A stretch of 64,000 bases of DNA. It comes from Salpingoeca rosetta. Lineage: Eukaryota; Protista; Choanoflagellata. The position numbers and the translations under genes were made by a program. Location: contig JAWQFM010000023.1 of assembly GCA_033442325.1 (NCBI GenBank), positions 938,410-1,002,409 on the forward strand. Reading direction: 5' to 3'. Of the stretch, positions 48,839 to 62,385 are shown piece after piece (the stretch's first letter is position 1; each line of letters begins with the position of its first letter). Below the pieces are notes generated by a model. It ran no database searches and was not told the DNA's origin. It was given only the letters and a program-made list of their open reading frames with translations.

Positions 48839-51233
48839 GCGGGTGTGTGGAACAGAGATGGGGGTTGGTGAGGACATGTGATGGTAACAAATGCAAATGG
48901 CAAATAAGGCAACAGACACCACCGCCACCACAGCCACCACAGCCACCAACACCACCACAGCCACCAACACCGGCAACATGCACTGCTCACTTCCTGTGAA
49001 CGTGGGGGACTTTGCGGCCTGTACGGGCGGAACCTTCTGGCTGGTGGAGAAGCGTCCGTGGAGATCGAGGCGGAAGGACGGGCTCGTGCCAGGAAACATC
49101 CCCAGCAGCAGGCTGCACTCGGCCCAAGGGAGGTGTGTGCGTATGTGTACGTATGTGTGCGCGCGTATGTATATGTGTATGTGTATGTGTATGTGTACGT
49201 ATGTGTGCGCGCGTATGTGCATATGTATGTGTATGTGTGTGTGTGAGTGCGAAGATGAGTATTCGAAAGGGCGAGTGTATGAAGGTGTAGGATTGGCTTC
49301 AAGACAGCCAAGTTTCAGACACCCACAAGCACACACGCACGCACACACAAAGCACACAACTTTCAGCAGCAGCATGATCACCTCACCTCTGTGCAGACAT
49401 GAGGGCGCGGTCGGCGTGGGAGGTGTACGTTTGTACACGAAGACTAAGGTCTGGGCACTGCTCGTCAAGCAGCTGCTCGTGGTGGAGGTACTTGTGGCGC
49501 AGCTTCCGGCCCAGCGAGATGTGCTGCTGCATGCCCACGGCAGTGAGGCTGTGGTGGGGTGGTGTGTTGGTGTGCGCGACCATGGGGTGAGTGGGTTGGA
49601 TATTGGCGTGGGGGCGTGGTGATGATGTGACGACATGATGGCGTGACGACGCGAAGGCGTGGCGCATGCGGCCAACGAACAATAATTTACACACACACAC
49701 ACACACACACAAACACACAGACACACACACAAATGCACACACCCACACACAATCACACACACAAACACACAGACACACACACAAATGCACACACCCACAC
49801 ACAATCACACACACACACACAAACGCACACGCACACACAGCCCGCTCACCGGCCGCCAAACGACTGCCAGAAGTGCGGCTCCTTCGGCCAGTGCTCATCG
49901 CGGGGAAACGGTTTGAGCGGGAAGCGAGCGCCGTGTCGCGTGATGACGACGACGCTGCGGATGGTGTGGCGGGCAGATGCCATCCACGCCCAGCGGCGCG
50001 AGAGCACGCGGCTTGTCTGGTACAGGCGGTGGTACACGGCGTTGTAGTCGATGCGGCCCGTGTTGTTGGGGTCAACGAGGCCAACCAGAAACTGCAGCTC
50101 TGTGTTTGGGAGTGGGCACACGGTGGAGATCATGGCAGCAAACTGGCTGCCGGTCAAGTAGCCATAGGACTTGAGGTCGTGCTGCTTGAACAGCAGCCTG
50201 CCACACGTTTGTGCATTATGTATGCGTTGAGGAGAAAAGGGGGTGGGAGGTCGTCAGGGGTGGGTGGAAGTTGGGAAGCCACACAGGCATGACTTGTGCA
50301 TTCACGAGGTGGAGAGAACAGCTGCACACGCATGCATTCATGCATACGTGCACGTTCACGCACACGCATACATACACACACAGACACCTGAGGTTGATGT
50401 TGATGCGGTGGAGCTGGTAGACGACGTGCTCGACAAGGATGTCCTGCATAATCTCCATGAACTCAATCTCCTTGCGGTCGGCGAGGAAGTAGTTGCAGAT
50501 CGCCTCCACATCTGCTTGGCTCGCGGTGTTCGTGCACGTGGACAGCAAATGTGCAAGCTTGGCGCGATGTTCCTCTGCCATGTGTGTGTGTGTGTGTGTA
50601 TGTATGTTTGTGTGTGTGTGTGTGTGTGTGCGTGTGTGTGTGTGTGTGTGCGTATGCAAAGTGCGCTTTCGTGTGATGTGTGTGCGAGCAAATGGAAGGC
50701 ATGCAGATCTGTTTGCAAGGTGGAGGCATTTGCCGCACCTGGGGAGGAAGCGCCCGGGGACCCATCGTCGGATGCCATCTGCTCAAAGGCCTGCTTGAGC
50801 GACATGCCCTTGTCTCGCATCTCCTCAAACATGCGGTGGACGACGGTATGTGCGTACCTCTCCTCCTCCGTCAGCTGACAACACACACACACACACACAC
50901 ACACACACCAGTCAGAGGGATGGAGTAAGAGAGACGAGGGGTGAGAAGAGGGACGAAGGGAGAAGACGCAACAAACGCCAGGGGAGTGAACACGCTTGTC
51001 GTATGTGTGATGCTGAAGAAGCAATCGCTTGCATGGGCAAGCACATGGCAAGTGCACCCAACCGAGCCAGTTCGTCAAACCAGTCAGTGGGCCATTGAGC
51101 CAATGACCCTCGATCACATGACACATCTCATATCGCATCCACAATGGCTTACCTTGTCCTCTGAGAATGCCAGCGAGGAGGCCGTGGGCTCCACCCCGCC
51201 TGCATCCTTGCCCACCAATCCCAAGCGCTCCAT
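41458..51233 (-). CDS. Predicted fusion: degenerate EF-hand region + histidine acid phosphatase (branch 2) + IP6K/IPK-family inositol polyphosphate kinase with inserted PH-like domain + polybasic tail
   Basis: Phosphatase motifs [37 protein letters not shown]. Kinase motifs [34 protein letters not shown]|[42 protein letters not shown]. An in-phase GT-AG intron at 46281-46583 links the two halves. Confidence 0.8.
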
Positions 51234-51338
51234 CGTGCATGCGGTGGTGGTGGTGGTGGTGGGTGGTGTTGCTGTAACGGCAGGCAACAGCGACCGTGTT
51301 GTTGTTGTGTGATATTTTGCGCCCCAACAACAACGAAG

Positions 51339-51769
51339 ATGGCGGATGTGTGAGTTGCGTGCGTGTGCGCGTGAGTTGCGTGTGTGAGTGTCTGTGTATG
51401 TGTGTGTGCCTGGTCTCCGCCTGCCTTTGGTTGTCGCCGCTGTCTCCGTTTGCCTTGTACCTCGGCCTCGCGTGGGTTGAGACCCTGACATGTGCGTGTG
51501 CGTGTGCTCGGTAGGGACTCGATGCCGGAGGACCGGAAGCTGAAGACAACGGGAAAGGTTGGCGGCTTCCACGAGAGCAAGCTGCCCTTTGCCAAAGGTG
51601 CGTGTGCTGTTTTGGTTTCATCCGCATGCATGCATCCACATTGTGTTGGGTCCTGCGGTAACACATGATGGCATGACTTGCCCTCACGTCCTCGTCGGGC
51701 GTGTGTGTGTGTGTGTGTGTGTGTGTGTCTGTGTCTGTGTGTGTGTGTGTCTGTGTGTGTGTGTGTCTG

Positions 51770-51812
<43 letters not shown>

Positions 51813-52024
51813 GTCTGTGTGTGTCTGTGTGTGTCTGTGTGTGTCTGTGTGCGTGTTCTGCGTGTTTGCGTGGTGCGTCTGGGCTGTGTTGTAGATGCGG
51901 AACCCGTGCTGAAACACTTGGACGGACAGAAGTACGCTGTCATTGCCATCGACCAGGAGACACACGAGCTCACGCTCGACCAAGTTGGGGAATGTGCATG
52001 CAAAGGTACAAGTGCGCAAACGGT

Positions 52025-52060
<36 letters not shown>

Positions 52061-52414
52061 TCCTTAAGATGTTCCTTTGCTGTGGTGTAACCCAAACCGC
52101 ACACACACACATACACACACACACACATATACACACACATACACACAAACATACATACACACACAATAGCGAAACAGGTGCAGGAGTTGCTGCACACCGC
52201 GGAGCCGCGGTTCTATGTGCTCAACTTCAAGAAGAAGCTGTTTGTGTACTGCTGCCCCGACAACGCGCCTCGCAAGCTGCGCATGCTCTACAGCACCGCC
52301 AAAGCAAACACCCTCGCACAGCTCAAGGTATGTGTGTATGCATGTGTATGTATGTGTGCGTGTGTATGTATGTGCGTGTGCGTGTGTATGTATGTGCGTG
52401 TGCGTGTGTGTGTA

Positions 52415-52457
<43 letters not shown>

Positions 52458-53053
52458 GTGTAAGTGTGTAAGTGTGTGTAAGTGTGTAAGTGTGTGCGTC
52501 TGTGTGTACCTGCTAACACATCCTCTGCCTCGCGCCCTCGCCACTCACAATGTCCACCACCGCTCCTTTTCTCGCCTGTACTTGCGAGCAGAAGCTTGGC
52601 TTCAAGCCGAGCGTCACACTGGAGATCTCAGAGCCAGATGATCTTGACGACAACACCATCGTCGGCAAGCATCCGTCCTCCTCCTCATCATCATCATCAG
52701 CACCACAGGACAAAGGCAAACCAGGCAGAAAGGTGTGTGTGTGTGTGTGTGTGTGTCCGTGTGTGTGTGTCTATGTGTCCGTGTGTGTCTGTGTGTGTGT
52801 CCGATTGTGTGTGTGTCTGTGTCTGTGTGTGTGTGTCTGTGTCTGTGTCTGTGTCTACTTGCGCCTCCTCTCCCACCCACAACAACACCCCCTCACCCAT
52901 CACCCCTTTCACCAGAACTCTGCGCCGAAGACGGTGGTGCCGTCCCAAATGACGGGCTCGCTGTCGGAGTTTATGGCCAAGTCCCTTGGCAAGAGCGCAA
53001 TGTCTGGCGGGAAGAAGCGCGTTGTGCTGCCACCGAGCGGCGCATACGGCTGA
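51339..53053 (+). CDS. Single ADF-H domain actin-binding protein resembling the C-terminal half of twinfilin
   Basis: MADV|DSMPEDRK...[10 protein letters not shown]; [15 protein letters not shown]; [34 protein letters not shown]; [10 protein letters not shown]; tail ending PPSGAYG*. Confidence 0.8.
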
Positions 53054-53461
53054 TGGTGAAGCAGTGACCGTGACGGCAGCAGTCTGTCTCGCTTTGCTTT
53101 GCCATTGCTCCACACCATCGTCGTCGTGGTGACATGATGCTTCAAGATGGTCCATTTCTCAGCCACGCTCATAGCTCTCTTACTTCACCTCACTTCCCTT
53201 CACTTCATCACATTCACATCACGACAGCCTTTGCTGCTCTTCTTGCTTCGTTACACACGCACGCACACACACACACACACACACGCACACACACACATAC
53301 ACACACACTGCTCCCCTGCATCATCATCGTATGTGACACTGAACTGACTGACCAAAGACCAGTGAGAATGAGCGTGTGGAATGGGGAACAGAGTTGACAC
53401 AACTACCCTTCATCCAGACACACACGCACACACAACGCCCAGCACCTTGCCAACCACAACC

Positions 53462-53856
53462 ATGTCTGACACAAGTGGTGATGGCAGTGGTGGAGACTAT
53501 GGAAGCTTCACATGGGAGTCGGCGCGCGTGCTTGCAGCACACCTGCATGCCATCGAAGATGAGGTCAGGGTAAGGGGCCAGACAGGAGCAATGTTGTGGT
53601 ACTGTTTGACTGCCTGAAGAGCCCTTTGATGAGAGGAGCACAGCTGACGTTGGTATGCGTGTGTGGTGCGAATCGCAGTGTGTCAGTCTGTGTGGTGGAA
53701 GCTTGGGTGNNNNNNNNNNNNNNNNNNNNNNNNNNNNNNNNNNNNNNNNNNNNNNNNNNNNNNNNNNNNNNNNNNNNNNNNNNNNNNNNNNNNNNNNNNN
53801 NNNNNNNNNTGTGTGTGTGTGTGTGTCTGTGCGTGTCTGTGTGTGTCTGTGTCTGT

Positions 53857-53903
<47 letters not shown>

Positions 53904-54102
53904 CTTGCCTGTTGGTGTGCCTTCGATCTCAATTGCCCGCCCACCCGCCCTGCGCCGTCGCATGCACAGACTATGACGACATCTTTGCCACTGTCACGGA
54001 TCTGCTTCAGCGTCGCGGTGGCCGCTTCATCACCGCATATCGCATCCGCACAGCCAGATCCTTCCAGGTCAGTCCGTGTCTGTCTGTCTCTGTGTTTGAG
54101 TG

Positions 54103-54161
<59 letters not shown>

Positions 54162-54240
54162 CGGCCTGTCGTCGATGCCTTTACTGTGGACAGACGCACA
54201 AGAAGCTTCAATGTGTAACCAACCAACTCACAACGTTCAC

Positions 54241-54278
<38 letters not shown>

Positions 54279-54477
54279 GTATGCACGCTAGCACTCTGTG
54301 ATCAAGTGGGGCCTGGACATGGTGCAAGTGCCACTGCCGCCAGCGCTGGACGACGCCGATGTGGCCAGCAGCACCCGCCTCCTCGCCTTCTCCCTCAAAC
54401 ACCACCACGAACAACAGCAGCCACCATCGCCGCCGCCACCACTGCCACCAACAGCACACAAGGCCAACGCAGGGTAA
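53462..54477 (+). CDS. METTL23: METTL23-like (methyltransferase family 16) protein; middle exons lost in the N gap
   Basis: DYGSFTWESARVLAAHL; DYDDIFATVTDLL...FITAYRIRT; VIKWGLDMVQVPL. The SAM-binding ELGxG motif is presumably in the gap at 53710-53809. Confidence 0.65.
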
Positions 54478-54692
54478 CGAAATGAATCACATCCACACCC
54501 ACGAGCGTGCGAGTTGTCGAGTGCAAAGACAGCGATGCAACACGGGATTGGACTCGCAGTTGCGCGTGCTCACGCCAACAACGTCAGCACCAGCAGTAAC
54601 CTCAACACCAACACCCATGTTGACGGGACACCAACAGCAACAGTGTAACACCAACACCAACACCAATAGCAACGACCAACACCGAAACAGGG

Positions 54693-55084
54693 TCAGCCCG
54701 AGAGCGATGCGGTTGGTGGGATGGTGGCTGCGGGAACAGCTCGCTTCAGCACGCGGCTGGCAGTGTCGTTCTCCAAGGGCACCGCATCCTCCTCACCCTC
54801 CACATGGCCCTGATGTTGCGGGTGTTGCGGGTGTGTAGCGGTTGCCTCATTTCCGCTCTCGCCAAACGCGTCCAGCGCTGTCTGGCGCCTGCGGAACCGC
54901 TCAATGGCGGCAATCACGTGCGGCAGCACCTATGGGGTGGGGGAGTGGGCACACAGTGAGGGGAGAGGAAGGCGGGTTGGTACTGCTTCGGTTGCTTGTA
55001 CTGGGTTTTGTGTGTATGTGTGTCTGTGTGTGTGTGTGTCTGTGTGTGTGTGTGTGTGTGTGCGCATGTGTGTGTGTGTGTACA

Positions 55085-55118
<34 letters not shown>

Positions 55119-56283
55119 TGTGTGTGTGTGTGTCTGTGTGTGTGTGTGTGTGTGTGTACATCTGCGTGTGTGTGCAGCTCTGTGTGTGTGTGTGCGTGCT
55201 AACCTTCTCTTCTGCGTCAGCTGCCCACATCAGGTCAAGATGTTCATAGTTTGGTATGCGAATGTGCCTGGTGTGTCATATGCATGCATGCAGGGAGGGG
55301 AGAGGAGGGCGAGTTGAAGTGCCAGGACGTCACTGGTGAGCCTCAAAGCAAGAAACAAACAGACAGCACAGCACACCGAAACCCTAGACAAAGAGCAAGT
55401 CATACATGCAGAAATACACACAACATTCACACACAAGCAACACACAACACAAAACACACACACAACACACAACATACACACACAACATACACACACAACA
55501 CACACAGACACACACACACACACAAACAACACAACACACAAACAAGCAAGCAGACATGCATGCGGGCTGACCCTGCTGCGGAGTGCTCTGGGAGATTTCG
55601 CTTCATCCAGAGGATGTCTGTGAGGCGATCAGCGCCGCCATACATCATCACCACGGGGCACGGCATCTGGTTCAGTGGATATTGCTGCAGTGGTGGCGGT
55701 GGTGGCGGGTGGTGGGTGATCAGGGGATTGGGGAGTTGGGAGTTGGGAGTTGGATGTAGTGAGGTGGCGCTGCAGTCGGAAAGCCCTGAAACAGCTGTGC
55801 ACGCAATGCGTGATGTGTAGTGCGTGATGCGCGCATACACACACACACACACATTCGCACATACACGCACACAGACACACACACACACACATTCACACAC
55901 ACACACACACATTCGCACATACACGCACACACACACACACACATACACATACACCACCACGACGGACCTGCTGCTCGATGAGGCGGTACCCACTGCGGAA
56001 TTCGCGGTTGTCGTCGTACTGCTGGAATGTGTCGCTCGCCACAATCTGGAACCAGTGCTGGGGAACGGGAACAGACAAGTGGGCGGCAATGGAAGGGGAC
56101 GTGAAGAAGGAGGGGAGCAGGGTGAGGAAGGAGGACGCGAGCTAGTAGTGGATCCAGCTGGTCAAAGAGTACAGGGTAGAGGGTTTGTGGGGTTGGCACC
56201 GCGCACATGCAGGCACAAAAAGAGAGCTGGAGTAACGCCAGCAACGACCGAACAAACAAACATACACACACACACACACACAA

Positions 56284-56332
<49 letters not shown>

Positions 56333-58637
56333 GACACACACATGCAGACAAGGTTCCTTCTTTCCCTCCCCCTTTGCGCACCACGATGGTTTTGACGCTT
56401 GTGAGGGAGAAGAGGTGGGAGTAGAGCATGAGGCGGCGCCGCTGGTCGCCGAGCTGGTCCATCCGCCAGTCAAACAGCTGACGGCAACACGCATTGGCGG
56501 CAGTGGTGGTGGTGGTGGTGATTGTGAGCGCATATGGAAGGAGATGGGCGTGAGGTTGGTGATCGCAAAGCAAACGCACGCACGCATGCACCCACATACA
56601 TACATGCATGCACGCACGCACACACACACACACATACACATACGCGTATGCGCGCACCATTTGACAGCCGCTCTCGATGAGACGTGCGTAAACGCGGCGG
56701 GTGAGGACGCTGCGCCAGAACATGACCCACGGCATCAAGGATCGCGTCCCTGCACACGCACATACACCCACACGCACATACACCCACGCGCACATACACC
56801 CACACGCACATACACCCACACGCACATACACCCACACGCACATACACCCACACGCACATACACCCGCGCGCATGGAGGGACGAAGGTGAGGCGATGGTGT
56901 AGGAGGAAAGAGAGGGGGGAATGAAATGAGTTCAGAGCCAAATCACACAATGTAACCAAACAACACTACACTCACACTCTCTCTCTCACGCATGCACACA
57001 CAGGCACGCACACACACACACACACGCGCGCACGCGCACGCACAATTTGTCTTCACAAACGCAACGCACCAAAGACGAGGAAGATGGACTGGGGTGCAAG
57101 GTGCACGAGCGTCTGCAGGAATCCCTGGCGAAGACCAAGCGCCTTGGCTGCAGGTGCCAGCGCCACAAACACATCAATCTGAACGCCACGTCGCAAGAGT
57201 CGTTCACGCACGCGCATGAGTCGTTGTAAGCTGTGGGTGTTGCTCAAGATAAGCACAGTCTGATGCGCAAAGTGCGCGCGTGAACTGAGTATTAAGCGGA
57301 CGCCTGTTTGTTGGGGGTGCCACATCACATGCACGTAGTGTCAATGCTCACCTTGTGTGCGAGTTGCTGGTTCAGGCTGAATGCTGCAAACCCAAGGGCC
57401 GTGCCCTGGGAGAACCCAACGTATGAAAGAGATGACGCACCCGTGCTTGCAAGCACGTGGTCGATGGAGGCTGGCAGGTCGTTTGCCGCCATTTCGTCGA
57501 TGGAAAAGTCCCAAAACTGGCCACGATGTGACAAGGGCAACAAGAGGAGCGCAATGTGTTGGAGGATGGTGATGAATGCCACAAAACACACGCTAGCCAT
57601 GATTTCAACACCACAGTGTCTGTGTGTTTGTATGTGTGCAGGTCAACAGAGAACAAACCAAGCGTATGCACACACACACACACACACGACACACACACAC
57701 ACACAAACAGCCACACACATACACACACATACGCACACAACATAGCACGCACGCAACTGGAAGCACGTGTTCAATGACTCACGGCCGGATCGTGCGGCTT
57801 GAAGGTCATGTGCTTGCAGCTGTACTTGTTTCCACGTGAGTTGCCCATCCACACGTCATACCCTTCCTCGAAGAGCAGATATGCAAAGCTGTCTCGGGTA
57901 CAAAGCCTGCAAAGGTAAGCAAGGTGAAAATCGAGATGCACCACGACAACACATGAGTTGTTCGCACCAAAGATTGTCAGCCTACCAATGTGTTTGTGTG
58001 TGCGTGCGTGCGTGCGTGTGTGTGTGTGTGTGTGTGTGTGTTTGATTCTGCTGTACCATGCTTCGCTGCACTGCATCAGCCCGTGTTGGAGGAAGACGAC
58101 GCCCTTCCTCGGTTGCATCTTGCGTATGCGCATGCAAGTGAGCAATAGTGAGCACAAATGAGCAATGATGAGCACAAGTGAGCTCAAGGAGCAATCCATC
58201 TAATTGGTCAACATACAAACAAAGGGCTGCCCAAACGAAATCGCATTCCACCCCCTCCTCTGCCGCCGTCCAACAAAAGTGAGCTGTACCTCAGGCTGGC
58301 GAAGGCGGTGCAGCGCAAGCTGGAAGCCGTCCTTTGTTAGCACGACATGCTGTTCCAAAAAGAAGCCAAAGTGCTGTGCCAGCTGGACGGCGGATAAGTT
58401 GTGCGTGTCCTCGCTTGGTGGGATGGTATCGCCCTGGAACACGTGGGCCTCCGAGAAGACGGAGACGCGCTTCACAAAGCTGACAATGTTCGAATCAATA
58501 AACGCAATCAACGGCGCCGGCAACACAAACAGCAGCAACCGCGTCACGGCCTCAACCACAACGATGACCAGCGCAAACGAGAGCTTGATCCAATCCGCCA
58601 GCGACAGCTGCCCCAGCCGTGTTGGATACAGCGCCAT
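54693..58637 (-). CDS. Acid lipase / sterol esterase (LIPA/Tgl1-like, abhydro_lipase + alpha/beta hydrolase) with N-terminal membrane anchor
   Basis: [56 protein letters not shown], catalytic GFSQG, GGADRL (Asp), YEHLDLMW (His). Confidence 0.92.
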
Positions 58638-59144
58638 CACGCTGGGCAGTCGCGAAGAAAAGGAGGGAGCGTGTGTACGTGTGCGCGTGCGTGCGTGTGC
58701 GTGCGTGTCTGTATGTGAAAGGAATGGGAGAAGTACCAAGAAGCCGCGCTGTTTTGTGTTGTGTGGTGGAAAGGAGGGTGGGTGTTTGGTGGATTGGTGC
58801 ATCCCGTTCCGCGATGAATGGCTGTTTGCGACAACATGAGAGTTTCACAAACAATTGTAGATAATTGGTTCAAGATATCATATACTCTTCCGAACCCACG
58901 CTGGTGTGGTGGTTGCACGAACGAACAGACGGGCAAACGGCTGCAGCAGGTGCACTGCCCCGTGTGTGACACACATCGCGCTCTGTCGCTCCCTCGCTCG
59001 CTGTGTTGGTGAGTCAAAGGGACGCTGTCACTGGCGTGGCTGATCTCCAGCAGCAAGACACATAGTGCTGGTGGTCGGTGGTAGTGGTGGTGTTGCTGTG
59101 TGTGTGTTTGAGAGGACACGAACGCCGCCAAGAAACAGGGGAAG

Positions 59145-61004
59145 ATGGATGTGACGCTCGACAACGGAGACCCAGAGTATGCGGGTCTGCAAAAGGCCAA
59201 GGAGCTGGTCGACGGCTTCCAGGATGTCGATGACAAGTACCCGACCATCAGCCAGCTGAACATGGAAGGTGAAAACACCTGTGTGTGTGTGTGTGTGTGT
59301 CTGTGTCTGTGTCTGTGTCTGTGTGTGTGTGTGTGTATCTGTGTGTGTGAGTGGTTGCAGGTGGTAGTCGGAGCGTACCAGTGGGAGTATGCGTTGCGTT
59401 CACACGTGGATGAACGTAAAACAACCCTGACTCACGGTTCTTCTGGTGTTTTGTGGCCGCTTCGCTACCAAATTCACGCCTCAGGGGAAGACGCCGAGCT
59501 GTATGTCAACGAGACAGACGTTCCACCACAGCGGCACCAGTTTGGCCTGGACACGGAGATTGAGCAGCAGCTGCAACGTGCGTTGGTGGTGGCGTGCTCT
59601 TGTCGTACATGCGGACATGAAACCCTGCAATGCATGTGAGCACGCCTTGCTTTGCCCGTGGTCGCTTGGCCTGACTGTCGTCATGTTGCACGCTCACGGT
59701 TTTCTTGGTGCTCGTTGACACTTGCAGAGGTGCAAGTCCACAGCATGCAGGGCATCTTCAGTGATATTCAACGCGCGTGGATGACCGTCGACTCGCAGCT
59801 CTACATGTGGCACTACTCCGGGTGAGTTACTGCTGCCGCTGTTGTCTGTCTGTGCGTGTGCATGTGCGTCTGTGAGTGTGTGTGTATGTGTGTGTGTGCG
59901 TGTGTGTGTGTGTGAGTGTGTGGGAGTGTGTGTGTGTGCGTGTGTGGGAGTGTGTGTGTGTGCGTGTTTGTGTGTGGATGTGGATGTGCGCGCGTACGTT
60001 CCGGTTTCATAGCGCTTGAATATTTCCGGCAAGGATGTTATCTGCGACAAGTGCTTGCAATGCCGAACTCACCTATGCACGTACTGTTGCGTGAACCGCA
60101 TTACAGTAAGGACTTTTGCTGCTACCAGGAGCTGGAGGAGGTCATCGTCGGCGTCGGCCTCGTCCGCCCAAAGCCAGGTCAGGCAATCGCGTTTGTCGGT
60201 GTGCGTGTGTGTGTGTGTGTGTCATGTGCAGTTGTGGGCAGCAACAAACATGTCGCTCTGCGTGTGTGCATGAGACCATCCAGCCTGCTTCTGCGATGCA
60301 CATCTCACTGCGACACTCCCTCTCCCCCCCCCTCATCCCCACACCATGGCGACCTACAGGCGTGTACGACGCGAGCATTGAGCACCTGCTTGTGCTGGCA
60401 ACGCCGCTGATGGTGTATCTGATTGGCGTGGACATGCGCATGGACGAGAGCGACGTTGGGGAGGTGCACCTCAACCCGGCCGTGCTGCACACAACAGCGA
60501 CAGACAACGTCTGCTTCACGTGCATTGTCGGCACGCCCGACGGTCGCATCTTCATGGGCGGCGACGACGCGGCCATCTACGAAATCCAATACGAGGTGCA
60601 GCGTGGAGTAACATGGTGTGGTGTGGCGTGGTGTGGTGTGGCGTGCATGATGGGAGGGATGTTGATGGCACATGATGGGGAGGGATGTTGATGAGGGGAT
60701 CAAGGTGGGAGTTTGTTGTACTGTTGGGTGAAATCGCACCCCCTTGCATGCCTCAACCTTTATCCACCACATTTGCATTCATACACGCACATACACGCCC
60801 GTGCGACCATGCTAGCGGGATGACGGGTGGCTGCGGCGCAAGTGTCGGAAGGTGAACCACACCCGCAACCTGCTGTCGTTCCTGATGCCGACGATTGTGA
60901 CGCAGACGTGGGGGGTGCGCGCCGAACCCATCAGGCAGCTGGTTCTCGATCCCACGGGGACAACCCTCTTTGCCCGCTCAGACAACACCATCACGGTATC
61001 GCGC

Positions 61005-61081
<77 letters not shown>

Positions 61082-61148
61082 AGAAGGGGGTCTGCCATAG
61101 CTTCACTCGCTTTGCTTCAACCTATTCCCCTCCTGCTCCTCCTCCTCG

Positions 61149-61183
<35 letters not shown>

Positions 61184-62267
61184 TGCCATTACCACATCCC
61201 GAAAGGCGTACCGGGTGCACGGCGGGTCGCTGTCGCGCGCGTGTGCAATGTATGACGAGCGCGGGCGGGCAGACCCGTACCGCCCAGGCCTCCACGGCGC
61301 CATCATCACCATTGCCCCAATTGCAGACAACCAGATTGTCGCCGTCACAGACAAGGGTGTGTACATGCACATGTGTGAATGTGTATGGGGGTTGTGTGCG
61401 CGCATGTGCAGATGTGTGGGTGTGTGTGCATGTGTGTGCATGTGTGTTTGTGTGTGTGTTTGTGTGTGTGCATGTGTGTGCATGTGGGTGGGTGCATATG
61501 CATGTGGGTGCGTGAGTCTGGGTGGACATGTACTGATTGGCTTGCGGATGTGCCCAGCTTGTTTCGCCAGAGATCCCGTTTCACAGCTGTGCCCTACTCA
61601 TCGTGTCTGCTGTCTCATGCCACTGATGTGTGTGTGTGTGTGTGTGTGNNNNNNNNNNNNNNNNNNNNNNNNNNNNNNNNNNNNNNNNNNNNNNNNNNNN
61701 NNNNNNNNNNNNNNNNNNNNNNNNNNNNNNNNNNNNNNNNNNNNNNNNNNNNNNNNNNNNNNNNNNNNNNNNNNNNNNNNNNNNNNNNNNNNNNNNNNNN
61801 NNNNNNNNNNNNNNNNNNNNNNNNNNNNNNNNNNNNNNNNNNNNNNNNNNNNNNNNNNNNNNNNNNNNNNNNNNNNNNNNNNNNNNNNNNNNNNNNNNNN
61901 NNNNNNNNNNNNNNNNNNNNNNNNNNNNNNNNNNNNNNNNNNNNNNNNNNNNNNNNNNNNNNNNNNNNNNNNNNNNNNNNNNNNNNNNNNNNNNNNNNNN
62001 NNNNNNNNNNNNNNNNNNNNNNNNNNNNNNNNNNNNNNNNNNNNNNNNNNNNNNNNNNNNNNNNNNNNNNNNNNNNNNNNNNNNNNNNNNNNNNNNNNNN
62101 NNNNNNNNNNNNNNNNNNNNNNNNNNNNNNNNNNNNNNNNNNNNNNNNNNNNNNNNNNNNNNNNNNNNNNNNNNNNAACCCCTAACCCCTAAACCCCTAA
62201 ACCCCTAAACCCCTAACCCTAACCCTAACCCTAACCCTAACCTAACCACACACACACACTCACTACG

Positions 62268-62298
<31 letters not shown>

Positions 62299-62306
62299 TC
62301 ACTCAC

Positions 62307-62385
<79 letters not shown>

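Noticed and set aside
62177-62247. True chromosome end
   Set aside because: Nup155 exons continue in the correct order on both sides of the gap.
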